A stretch of DNA of 64,000 bases, taken from Octopus sinensis. Lineage: Eukaryota. The notes under the pieces were generated by a model. The model did not search any database, was not told the origin of the DNA, and saw only the letters and a list, made by a program, of their open reading frames with translations. Where the stretch lies: positions 42,656,001-42,720,000 of the forward strand of contig NC_043012.1 in assembly GCF_006345805.1 (NCBI RefSeq). The letters run 5' to 3'. A program made the translations under genes and the position numbers. Positions 12,271 to 23,378 of this stretch are shown piece after piece. The first letter of the stretch is position 1; every line of letters begins with the position of its first letter.

Positions 12271-12685
12271 GTTCCTTCACACACACACATGTTGTGTGTG
12301 TATATGTGCATATGTATGCGCACCATTAAACTTTTTATATGTTCATATATGCATACTATAACAGTTTATAGCTTTGTTTATATTAAAAAATGCTCATGAA
12401 TACAGTAAAATGAGCGAGTATGTGGGTGTATATACTTTTGTGTATATAAATGTGTGTATAATATATAATATATATAATCTATATAACTTCTTTTTTTTTG
12501 TGGTGTAATTGTTAATACATATCAGTTGTATTTAATCAAACACATCTTTATAAATTACATATTCACTTACTAAATACAATCTACTTTAAATTATATTTTT
12601 AATATACTTTCAGTTATGCAAACAACAATTATAATCATTGAGTATGTCGCTTTGATGTGTGTGTGTGTGTGTGTGTGTGTGTATA

Positions 12686-13318
12686 AAGATGTACCCAGTG
12701 TAAGCTATGGACACATAAGAGGTGCAGCACCATCAAAGGAAAATTAACCGAGAAGATAGCTTTTATGTGCAGCAGATGCACAGGGGCAATAGACACCACA
12801 GATGCTCAGAAAACAGATTCCATCATACTCCAGAGGGAGGAACTAGAAGTAGTTGATAGCTTCCGCTACCTAAGTGACCAAGTTAGTAGTGGGGGTTGGT
12901 GCTCAGAGAGTGTTACTACTAGAATAAGAATATCCTGGGCAAAGTTTAGAAAGCTTCTAACCCTACTGGTAACAAAGGGCCTCTTGCTCAGAGTGAAAGG
13001 TAGATTGTACGACGCATGTGTGCGAACTGCTATGCTTCACAGTAGTGAAACATGGGCCATGACTGTGGAGACATGTGTAGGCTCAAAAGAATTGAAGCTA
13101 GCATGATCCGCTGGATGTGTAATGTCAGTGTGCTCACACGACAGAGTGTAAGCACCCTGAGAGAAATATTGGACATAAGAAGCATCGGATGTGGTATGCG
13201 AGTGAGACATTTGTGCTAGTATGGTCATGTACTACGGATGGATGAGGAGAGATGTGTGAAGAAGTGCCACTCCCAAACAGTTGAAGGAATCTGGGGTAGA
13301 GGTAGACCCAGCAAGACA
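12686..13318 (+). mobile_element. RTE LINE (PHD family) internal fragment
   Basis: LEVVDSFRYL, RLYDACVRTAMLH. Confidence 0.88.
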
Positions 13319-13319
13319 A

Positions 13320-13740
13320 GTCCGCTGCCCTAACCACTGGGCCATTGCGCCTCCTATATATATATATATAGGAGGCGCAATGGCCCAGTGGTTAGGTTGT
13401 AGGATCGCGGTTTCGATTCCCAGGCCGGGCGTTGTGAGTGTTTATTGAGCGAAAACACCTAAAGCTCCACGAGGCTCCGGCAGGGATGGTGGTGGTCCCT
13501 GCTGTACTCTTTCACCACAACTTTCTCTCACTCTTACTTCCTGTTTCTGTTGTACCTGTATTTCAAAGGGCCAGCCTTGTCACTCTCTGTGTCACGCTGA
13601 ATATCCCCGAGAACTACGTTAAGGGTACACGTGTCTGTGGAGTGCTCAGCCACTTACACGTTAATTTCACGAGCAGGCTGTTCCGTTGATCGGATCAACC
13701 GGAACCCTCGTCGTCGTAACCGACGGAGTGCTTCCATCTA
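13320..13740 (+). mobile_element. tRNA-SINE (13371-13738) preceded by an inverted copy of its own 5' end (13320-13355), in (TA)n
   Basis: GGAGGCGCAATGGCCCAGTGGTTAGG head and GGTTTCGATTCCC B box. ccctaaccactgggccattgcgcctcc is the reverse complement of the head. Confidence 0.85.
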
Positions 13741-14003
13741 TATATATATATACGTATTGGGTCATCCCGAAAATAATGTGATTTTTTTTTACTTCTTTTA
13801 GTTTTCAAAATTAAGATGAACAAAGTTCATTTTTAATCTAAAATATACTCTCCTTCATTGTCTACAATGCTCTTCCATTTATCTTGTAGGTTTGCAAGGC
13901 TCCTCTTCCAAAATTCACTTGTCTGTAATGAAAAATACTCCTCCAGTACTTTATTTACATTATTTATAGTTGACGGATATTTGTCCTCATCTTGTTTGTT
14001 GTT

Positions 14004-14049
14004 AATACAACGTTTTGGCTGATATACCCTCCAGCCTTCATCAGGTGTC
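14004..14049 (-). ncRNA. minimal type-I hammerhead ribozyme motif (family 1; G12 to A mutant)
   Basis: gacac CUGAUGA a GGCUG-loop-CAGCC AAAA CG UU guauu. Confidence 0.75.
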
Positions 14050-14304
14050 TTGGGGAAATTTCGAACCTGGGTTCTCATTCCTAAGGTATTTTTTTTTCCG
14101 ATGTTGTTATTATTATTACTATTATTGTTGCTGTTGTAGCTGTTATTATTTAGGTCACTGCCTGGAATCAAACTCGGAATCTTGGGGTTAGTAGCCCGTG
14201 CTCTTAACCCCAATATTCCGAGTTTGATTCCAGGCAGTGACCTGAATAACAACAACATCAAAAAATACCTTAGGAATGAGGACCTAGGTTCAAAATTTCC
14301 CCAA

Positions 14305-14350
14305 GACACCTGATGAAGGCTGGAGGGTATCTCAGCTGAAATGCTGTGTT
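14305..14350 (+). ncRNA. minimal type-I hammerhead ribozyme motif (family 1; stem III mutated)
   Basis: gacac CUGAUGA a GGCUG-loop-CAGCU GAAA UG CU guguu. Confidence 0.75.
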
Positions 14351-14689
14351 AACAACAAACAAGATGAGGACAAATATCCATCAATTGTAAATAATGTACA
14401 TAATTCCTCATCTCTTAAATATAGAACTGTATCCTCCAGTACTGTTCTGACCTCATCTACAGAATTCATATTTTTTCCGTCCAAATTATTTTGAAGACTG
14501 TGGAAGAATACCTTTTGACTTGAAACCAAAGATAGTTGTTTTTCTTTTAGTGCTGACTTTAGCCGCTCAAGTTGCTCACAGTAGATCTCCTCTATTATTG
14601 TTTGGTTTAGGTTTAAAAATTCAAAGTGGACTAAACCTTTCATATCCCACCAAACAGATAACAATACCATCTATGGGTGAAGACCTTCT

Positions 14690-15345
14690 TTAGCCTGGCT
14701 TGCTGGTAGTTCTCCTTTCCCAACTCACTGTCTTTTCTACATATCGAGCAGGGTTATTTCCCTGAGACGGGATCTGTGATTGGTCTGTTTTCCTACTTAC
14801 TAAGGAAAAGTAAGTAGATTCCAAGCCTTGCTTCCACATCTGAAATTTCTTCTCTAGTTCTGGTAATGATTCAGCAATAAGAACAAGGTCATCAACATAG
14901 AGGAGCTCTCAAAAACAGCCAGTCTTCAATTCCTCTGTTATGGCCAGGAGGATTGTGATAAACAAGAGGAGTTTAAGAACCATTCTTGGTGGCCTTCTAC
15001 CTGTACACCAAATTCATTACTATGCTCATTGCCGACTTTCACCTTAGTGACAGCATCCCTATAAATGGTTTGTACAGCTCTCACCAGCCACTCATCTATC
15101 CCTAGCTTCAGTAGTGCCCACCAGATAAAGGAACAGGGGATCCTTTCAAAGGCTTTCTAAATGTATGTATATGTGAATGTGTATGTGTATGTTTATGTGT
15201 ATGTATGTATGTATATATCATCATCATCATCATCGTCGTTTAGCGTCCGTTTTCCATGCTAGCATGGGTTGGACGGTTCTACTGGGGTCTGTGAAGCCAG
15301 AAGGCTTCATCAGGCCCAGTCAAATCTGGCCCAGTCAAATCTGGT
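14690..15345 (-). mobile_element. RTE LINE fragments (RT segment 14690-15165; 3' terminal module 15220-15345)
   Basis: Reverse complement encodes AFERIP...LGIDEWL...ELLYVDDL; (CAT)n tail. Confidence 0.8.
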
Positions 15346-15398
15346 ATATATATATATATATATATGTGAATATAGATGCATGTGTGTATACACACACA

Positions 15399-15863
15399 CA
15401 GTAATCCCTCAACTGTCACAGGTGTTACATTCCAAAACCCCAGTGATAGGTGAAAATCCTCTAAGCAGAAACAGTACTGTACTGTACATTTTTTTGTTAC
15501 TATTTTTATAATTTGTATATATTCATTTTTATTATAAATGCAAAACACCACTACACACTCAACTCTCGAGTTTCATTTTCCATACAGCATGTGCGATTCT
15601 TTATTTAATCATCTACAATACACTACATGTTTTATTTTAAATATTTTAATTAATGTGTTATGCAGTGCAGTACTGTACTGCATTTGTATCTATTAATCTA
15701 TTAATTTTTAGGCTTGAAAATGCTTATTTTCCCACAGAAATAATTAAAACCTAAAAAAATATAAATACTTATCAGCTGCAGAAACTCATGATATATTAGC
15801 CAGCAAAATCTGTGATGTGCTGAGGGTGCAATAGGTGAACTGCGACATGGCAAATGATTACTG
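15399..15863. mobile_element. Tigger/pogo-like MITE
   Basis: Termini CAGTAATC... / ...GATTACTG followed by TA. Confidence 0.65.
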
Positions 15864-15959
15864 TATATATATATATATATGAGAAAAATCTATATGAATA
15901 TATTTTTGTACATACATATAGAGACAAGGTGTGATGAGTAAATTGTCGCCATTCTATAT

Positions 15960-16785
15960 TTTTAATTTCATGTATGCACATTGCTTGTTTTTTATTTTGT
16001 CAACACACAGTATAATAGGGTCAGTTGGGCACTGTCTGTGAAAAAACCAGCACCATGACACAGTTCACTTTGCCAGAAATTTGCAAATGACATGCTGTAC
16101 TGCTTGGCATTCACACCAGAAGCTCCAATACAAACAATTGGTGAACACACAGAACAACCATTGGCTTGTACCAAAAGTAATAAAAAGCAAACATTCAGTT
16201 AACATAATGGTGTTGGGAGTGACCACTAGTGATGGCAATGTTATGCCTGCATTTATCTTCCCACACACCTCAGACTCAACATGGAGGCCTACATCAAGTG
16301 CCTGAAGAAGATAGTACTGCCATGGGTCAAGAGGGTGGCTGCTGGAGAACCCTATATCTGGCAACAGGACTCTGTACCAAGCCACACAAGCAAGAGAACT
16401 CAGTCATGGCTGTCAGACAATTTCTGTGACAACACAACCCCTAACATCTGGTCACCTAACTCCCCAGACTGCAACCACACCTTTGATTATTATGTGTAGG
16501 GTGCAATTGAGCAAGAGACCAACAAAACTCCTTGTAACACCAAAGACGAAATGAAGGCAAGGATTATGGCAGCATAAACAAGGAGACTCTCCAGAAAAGT
16601 TGCAGGAGATTCCAAAGTCATCTGAAGGCCATAGTTGAAGCCAATGGTGATTTTATTGAATAAGTTTACTATTTAATATTTCAAGATATTTTAATGTAAT
16701 TTTGGTAAAATATCTGCTAAAATGAGATGTCGGTGTTATTTTTATTTTTGCGTAATTTTGACAACAATATATTCACCGCACCCTG
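15960..16785 (+). mobile_element. maT (DD37D-like) Tc1/mariner 3' part with right TIR
   Basis: IMVLGVTTSDG, WQQDSVPSH...WSPNSPDCN..FDYYV; end ...CCGCACCCTG+TA. Confidence 0.8.
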
Positions 16786-16791
16786 TATATA

Positions 16792-18035
16792 CAGGCATTG
16801 GACAAAATAATGGAAACACCTAGCATCATAATTTTGAAATATCTATAAAACCATCAAATGCTTGTTTATTTTTATGTTTTTTGATTTATTATTAGTGTTG
16901 CTTAATATGTTTTGCTAAAATTGCTGGTTTTTTTATCATCAGAAAAAGGTAATTAAAATTCATTAAAATGACAGATCTATCAGACTTTCAAAGAGGTCAA
17001 ATTGTTGGTCCTCATATGGCAGGCGCTAGTGTAATGAAAACAGCCAAAATGTTTGGTGTATCAAGAAGTACTGTCTTGAAAGTAATGACAGCCTTTGAGA
17101 AGGAGGGAAAAACCTCAGCATCAAAACAAAACTCCAGAAGAAAACCAAAACTTTCAGATAGGGACTGTTGGACTCTTATGCAAATTGTTAGAAAGGATCA
17201 CAAAAGTACAGCTCCTGAAGTTTCTGCAGAGCTTAATGACCACCTCAAGAACCCAGTTTCCACAAAAACTGTTTGCCAGGAGCTGCACAAAGCCGGATTT
17301 CACAAAAAACCACTACTTTCAAAAACAAATGTTGCAAAGCATTTAGAGTGGAGTAAAAACCTACAGAATTGGTCCCTAGAGCAGTGGAAGAATGTTATGT
17401 TCTTGGATGAGTCATCCTTTACCTGATTTTTGACCATTGGCCGAGTATACATGTGGAGGCAACCAAAAGAAGCATTTGACCCAGACTGCCTTCTTCCAAC
17501 TGTTAAACATGGAGGAGGATCTGTGATGATCTGGGGGCTATATCTTGGAAATCCGCCAGCCCAATGGTTTCCTTTCATGGCAGAATTAATAGTCAAGACT
17601 ATTTAAGCATTTTATCTGATCAAATTCATCTTATGGTTGCGGAACTGTTTCTGGAGAGAAGCGCAAACTTTCAGGATGATAATGTACCAATTCACACAGC
17701 TAAAATGGTTACTGAATGGAAGACGGCACATTCTAATGAAGTTGAACATCTTATCTGGCCACCACAGTCTCCAGATCTCAATATTATTGAACATTTATGG
17801 TGCATTTTAGAAAAACAAGTAAGGAGTCAATATCCTCCACCATCATCACTACAAGAACTAGAGACTGTTTTAGCTGAAGAATGGACAAAAATTCCTTTGG
17901 AAATAATTCAAACTTTGTACGAGTCCATACCTCATAGAATTCAAGCTGTAATTACTGCCAAAGGCAGTCCTACCCCATATTCAAATAAATTTGTTTGAAA
18001 TTTTAAGGTGTTTCTATTATTTTGTCCAACCTCTG
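16792..18035 (+). mobile_element. full-length Tc1-like transposon, DD36E triad (Incomer-type), 1244 bp, decayed ORF
   Basis: TA TSDs; TIRs CAGGCATTGGACAAAATAATGGAAACACCT / reverse complement CAGAGGTTGGACAAAATAATAGAAACACCT. ORF pieces 16968-17426 and 17564-17998. FLDES, FQDDN (D at 17678), PDLNIIE (E at 17789): 36 residues between. Confidence 0.93.
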
Positions 18036-18991
18036 TATATTTATAACAAAACAATAATTACAAAGTTACCTAAGAAATTTCCTATTAGAAATTCTTCAAA
18101 GAAAGAAACAAATAATACAAAATTAACAAAGAAAATTAGCAGAGAGACTATTTGCAAGAAGTTTTATGAAAGAGAAACTGGGAATTTTCAGTTAGAATAA
18201 AGAAACTTTGTAAATCTTAACAAGAGAAGAAACACTTAATCAGGAACAGCCTAACATATATGTGTTTATAAAAAACAAAAACTAAAAGAAACTTCCATGA
18301 CAGATTGAGAGCAGTAGAACCATAGAAAAGCCAGAGAAGCATTTTCTATCAAGGTTACTGATAATCCAACCAACAAGTCTAACAATTTACATCAATTTAC
18401 TTTGGCTGCTTTGAGTGAAAAATTGATAACCTAAAAGTCTAACATTAAATGTACATGTTTCAGTAGTACTGGATGATGACACTTAGTTTAGAACTAAAGG
18501 TTCCTTGTCTGAATACATTCTGATATTATGAAGAACATGTCATGATGACTGGAGGTCAAACTAACTGAAATGTAGAATAAGTGTAACTATCAAGACAGTA
18601 ATAACTTTATCTAAAGGTAAGGGTATTACTTTGACAATAATAATCTTGAAAAGAAATTGTACAGGCTACTGTTGGTTATGCCATCACGTGTCACAGTGAA
18701 TAGCTATTGGAGGTAAGTAATACTACTTTTCCAAGAAACTTGGTTCACTATAACCTCCTAGCCATATAGGAAAATGAAATTTTAATGTTTTGTAATATAC
18801 CAGTTAAAAGAGATGCTCCAAGCTGTTTGTCTTGCTAGCTATACTTTTGACAACAGAATGGAGTCTATACTACTTTTGATGAATCAAAGTATTGAACCAA
18901 ACTAATTTTAAACTTAAGGATAATGAAATAAACCCTGATAGGCAAATAATTAAAAGATTGAAACTAAATATAAAAAATGAAAGTTCCTCAC

Positions 18992-19107
18992 CAATAGTTC
19001 CCTGCAATCCACTGTCTAGGATTTCAACCTCATAGTAATTTCTGTCTTGTGTGAGAGGATCAGCTGCTATATACACTCCTACTTTGTCTTCATCATTAAC
19101 AATGTAC
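18992..19107 (-). CDS. SPRYD3: SPRY domain-containing protein 3, coding exon 2 (S|YIVNDEDKVGVYIAADPLTQDRNYYEVEILDSGLQGTI|A)
   Basis: Acceptor cttttt ag| at 19108 and donor |gtgagg at 18991. 116 nt; phases match both neighbours. Resembles my recollection of SPRYD3 VGCYVASRPLTKDSNYFEVSIVDSG. Confidence 0.92.
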
Positions 19108-19567
19108 CTAAAAAGACAAAATAAACATTGAAAATGACAAGATATATTATTTTCTTCATGCAGATTTAGCTTATGCAAATAACTCAGTCAGAAACACGTT
19201 ATTATTAAATGACTATCAAGAAATTCTCAATATTAATATTTTATGCTGATACTGAATAAAGGTTACTAGATTTGAGTTTATGATGCTAGACTAATGATCA
19301 GAAGTTATGAATTAAACTATATGATTTTCTTTCATGCAATTTACCTCATATCAAACCTACACTAACTCCATGAAAGTAAACTACAATGAGATCATGTTAA
19401 GTATTTCTCTTTAATGACACAAAATCACAACCATTACACATTTCAAGCAAACAATAATTCTATCTCACTGCTAAACATGAACAACATACAACTAGAGATC
19501 CTAAAGTTACTACGGATGCTAGGTTCGCCATCACTAAAATCTGTCCTGACAATCTCACATACTCAGT

Positions 19568-20150
19568 ATGACAAAATCTGAATCACTATTCCTGCCACTC
19601 TATGTCACGCTGGTGAGACCCATATTGGAGTATGGGATTCAAGCCTCTTCTCCTTATCTCCTCAAAGACATACAGCACCTCGAAAGAGTCCAGAGGCTGG
19701 CTACCCGCATGGTTCATGGTCTCAAAAATTTGTCCTACGAAGAAAGGCTGAGGACACTCGACCTTTGTTCTCTTGAAAAACGCCGCCGCCGTGGTGATCT
19801 CATTCTCGCCCACAACATCATAAGCGGGAAGTGTAACCTCTCGAAAGAGCTGTTCTTCACTCCTGCTCCGGAGCGTCGGCTGCGGGGTCATTCCAAAAAG
19901 CTCTACCTGCGACGATTTCATCTCAATCGAAGGAGAGGAGCTTTCTCCGTCCGGGTTGCGGATCCGTGGAACAAGCTGCCAGACGAGATGGTGAAGATGC
20001 CGACGACCACTTTGTTCAAAGCCTCCCTGGACCTCAAGTGGCCTGAACTCTTTACATGAACACCACCCTGTACTTAACTCCATGTCCCCCTACATGGCCT
20101 TGCTATTTGCTTTTGAGCCAAATTAACTAACTAACTAACTAACTAACTAA
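19568..20150 (+). mobile_element. CR1 LINE, 5'-truncated, open ORF2 C-terminus, (TAAC)n tail
   Basis: LVRPILEYG, LERVQRLATRMV, RRRRGDLI, RGHSKKL, FSVRVADPWNKLP. Confidence 0.92.
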
Positions 20151-20953
20151 GTGCATTAAAACAATTTGTTGCTATTGTTAGTCAATTTGTAACCAGGGTA
20201 ATTTATTACCATCATCCATGTCAAATGTCATTCTTTAATCTGTTTGTTGTATCTGTTTTGGTTTTTAGTTTAAATTGGGTCAATAAGTGCATTAGAAATG
20301 TGATAAACAATGATTTGGAACAAAAATTGCTTGTAATCTGAAATTTTAATGTCTCAATGCTATTAATAGTTTAGTTGTTATTTTGTGTTCTTGTTATATT
20401 TCAAAATAAAGTGGTTAAAATAAATTTTGGTTAGTTTAGTATTATATAACCATCTATATTCTATACATGTCATTTTACATGCATTTCTTTATTTTGATGT
20501 GTTGAGCAAAATGAAAGCAAAGGACTGAAGAAAAATTTTTGTATTGGGTTGTCAGATAAATTTGTTTTATTTTTTGTACATTTATTTTTATCTTTTCTAA
20601 TAATGGTTGAATTAACATGAAAAATATTTTTACCATAGTATTTTCTGCATTGTTCTTTTTTTTTGTAGCTTTGTTCTTCTTCTACAACTTTTCTTTTTTG
20701 CTTTTGAAATTTGAATAAATTTTACCTCCTTTCATACATATGATGATGGAATGCCAAGTAAAATGAAAAAAAAAATTCTCACACCTTAACATCAACAGAA
20801 AGAGAAAGTTTGTATATCCAAGTCACTTCAAGACCCTGTTTAAGCATCATTTAATAACTTGCTGGCATTCTGACTTGGATACAGATGACAAATTGATCAA
20901 GCAGCAAATTAACCTACAATGAAATATTGCTTCCACATCTATTGCTTCCACAT

Positions 20954-23378
20954 ATAGCCTGGTCACCCGTATAGTCAACCAGGTGATACACGAAGGAGTC
21001 ATACCCAATGACTGGTGTAGCAGCACACTAGTCAACTGCTACAAAGGTAAAGGTGATGCCCTAGATACAAATAATTACAGAGGTATCGAGCTGTTGGATC
21101 AAGTAATGAAGGTTACGGAGAGGGTCATAGCCCAACTAATTAGAGAGAGAGTTAGTTTAGATGAGATGCAGTTTGGGTTCGTGCCAGGGAAAAGTACCAC
21201 TGATGCTATATTCCTAGTAAGGCAGCTGCAGGAGAAATACCTAGCCAAAGATAAGCCCTTGTACCTGGCTTTTGTTGACATGGAGAAAGCTTTTGATAGG
21301 GTCCCCCGATCCCTTATCTGGTGGTCAATGAGGAAACTGGGGATAGATGAATGGCTGGTGAGGACTGTGCAAGCCATGTACAGAGATGCCGTAAGTAAGG
21401 TTAGGGTTGGCAACATGTACACAGAAGAATTCAAAGTAGAGGTTGGGGTCCACCAGGGTTCAGTACTCAGCCCCCTCCTATTTATCATAGTCCTCCAGGC
21501 AATTACGGAGGAATTCAAGACAGGTTGTCCCTGGGAGCTCCTCTACGCTGACGACCTTGCTCTTATTGCTGAGTCACTATCAGAGCTGGAGGAGAAGTTC
21601 CAGGTGTGGAAGGAGGGTTTAGAATCGAGGGGCCTTAGAGTCAACCTAGCTAAAACCAAAGTACTAATAAGTAGGAAGGTAGACAATCCACAAATGTCTT
21701 CAGGAAGATGGCCCTGCTCGATCTGTAGAAAAGGTGTAGGTAGAAACTCTATAAGATGTACCCAGTGTAAGCTATGGACACATAAGAGGTGCAGCAATGT
21801 CAAAGGTAGGCTAACTGGGAAGATAGTTTTTGTATGTGGCAAATGCTCTGGAGCATTAACCTCCGAAAATCTGCAGAAAATAACTTCCGTCACTTTCCAG
21901 GGGGAAAAACTAGAAGTAGTTGATAGCTTCCGTTATCTAGGTGACCAAGTCAGTAGTGGGGGTGGGTGCGCTGAAAGTGTAACTGCTAGAATAAGAATAG
22001 CCTGGGCAAAGTTTAGGGAGCTCTTACCTCTGCTGGTGACTAAAGGCCTCTCACTCAAAGTAAAAGGCAGACTGTATGATGCGTGTGTACGAACAGCCAT
22101 GCTACATGGCAGTGAAACATGGGCCGTGACTGCCGAGGACATGCGTAAGCTCATGAGGAATGAAGCCAGTATGCTCCGATGGATGTGTAATGTCAGTGTA
22201 CATACTCGACAGAGCGTTAGCACCTTGAGAGAAATGTTGTACCTAAGAGGCATCAGTTGTGGTGTGCAAGAGAGACGATTGCGCTGGTATGGTCATGTGG
22301 TGAGAATGGATGAAGATAGGTGTGTGAGAAAGTGCCAATCCTTAGCAGTTGAGGGAACCCGTGGAAGAGGTAGACCCAGGAAAACCTGGGACGAGGTGGT
22401 GAAGCACGACCTTCGAACTTTAGGCCTCACTGAGGAAATGACCAGCGACCGAGACCTTTGGAAATATTCTGTACGTGAGAAGACCAGGCAGGACAAGTGA
22501 GCCCAGCCCACTTATGAATGCCTTTCCTCCCTTGGACACAAAGACCTGTTGAGGCAAGCGAAGTCGATATAGAACCTCATCCGACGACAGGCACCCATGC
22601 CAACCCCCTTTGCTTGCGAAGACATGTTGGGGCAAGCGAAATCGAAAAATCAAATTGAACCAGCCAGGATCCCTGGTCTGGTGGTACGTAAAAAGCACTA
22701 TCCGACTCGTGGCCGATGCCAGCGCCGCCTCCACTGGCTTCCGTGCCGGTGGCACGTAAAATACACCAATCTGACCGTACGACAGGCACCCATGCCAACC
22801 CCCTTGCTTGCGAAGACATGTTGGGGCAAGTGAAATCGAATTGAACCAGCCAGGATCCCTGGTCTGGTGGTACGTAAAAAGCACTATCCGACTCGTCGCC
22901 GATGCCAGCGCCACCTCCACTGGCTTCCGTGCCGGTGGCACGTAAAATACACCAATCTGACCGTACGACAGGCACCCATGCCAACCCCCTTTGCTTGCGA
23001 AGACATGTTGGGGCAAGCGAAATCGAAATCGAATTGAACCAGCCAGGATCCATGGTCTGGTGGTACGTAAAAAGCACTATCCGACTCGTGGCCGATGCCA
23101 GCACCCCCTCGTTTGGCTTCCGTGCAGGTGTCACATAAAATACACCAATCCGACCGTGGCCGTTGCCAGCCTCGCCTGGCACCTGTGCAGGTGGCACGTA
23201 AAAAGCACCCACTACACTCACGGAGTGGTTGGCGTTAGGAAGGGCATCCAGCTGTAGAAACACTGCCAGATAAGACTGGAGCCTGGTGCAGCCTTCTGGC
23301 TTTCCAGATCCCCGGTCGAACCGTCCAACCCATGCTAGCATGGAGAACGGACGTTAAACGATGATGATGATGATGATG
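20954..23378 (+). mobile_element. young RTE LINE (PHD family), 5'-truncated, with tandem-repeat 3' UTR and (GAT)n tail
   Basis: Uninterrupted RT ORF; ~190-bp 3' UTR units at 22584, 22781 and 22967. Confidence 0.95.
20983..22500 (+). CDS. RTE ORF2 reverse transcriptase (505 aa, 5'-truncated) with internal C4HC3 PHD-like finger
   Basis: [46 protein letters not shown]; CSIC-x10-CTQC-x4-H-x2-C-x14-CGKC. Confidence 0.92.
   Translation: MIHEGVIPNDWCSSTLVNCYKGKGDALDTNNYRGIELLDQVMKVTERVIAQLIRERVSLDEMQFGFVPGKSTTDAIFLVRQLQEKYLAKDKPLYLAFVDMEKAFDRVPRSLIWWSMRKLGIDEWLVRTVQAMYRDAVSKVRVGNMYTEEFKVEVGVHQGSVLSPLLFIIVLQAITEEFKTGCPWELLYADDLALIAESLSELEEKFQVWKEGLESRGLRVNLAKTKVLISRKVDNPQMSSGRWPCSICRKGVGRNSIRCTQCKLWTHKRCSNVKGRLTGKIVFVCGKCSGALTSENLQKITSVTFQGEKLEVVDSFRYLGDQVSSGGGCAESVTARIRIAWAKFRELLPLLVTKGLSLKVKGRLYDACVRTAMLHGSETWAVTAEDMRKLMRNEASMLRWMCNVSVHTRQSVSTLREMLYLRGISCGVQERRLRWYGHVVRMDEDRCVRKCQSLAVEGTRGRGRPRKTWDEVVKHDLRTLGLTEEMTSDRDLWKYSVREKTRQDK

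Larger units (their letters stand above)
13951..14431. mobile_element. head-to-head inverted tRNA-headed SINE-like element carrying hammerhead ribozyme motifs; 12-bp TSD
   Basis: TSD tcctccagtact at 13939-13950 and 14432-14443; arms 13951-14208 (-) and ~14205-14431 (+). Confidence 0.9.
13757..14690 (-). mobile_element. mariner fragment with TIR, interrupted by the HHR-SINE
   Basis: LSVWWDMKG, LQNNLDGK...DEVRTVLE|EYF...LQDKWKSIVDNEGEYILD; TA + TTGGGTCATCCC end at 13755-13768. Confidence 0.88.

Noticed and set aside
21099-22253. Antisense ORFs over RTE/CR1/Gypsy coding regions (e.g. 19586-20083, 28140-28589, 55721-56293)
   Set aside because: Shadow frames of TE ORFs with no independent motifs
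22584-23160. Regularly spaced repeats that could suggest a CRISPR array
   Set aside because: Whole ~190-bp units are duplicated with no unique spacers; this is a eukaryotic LINE 3' UTR
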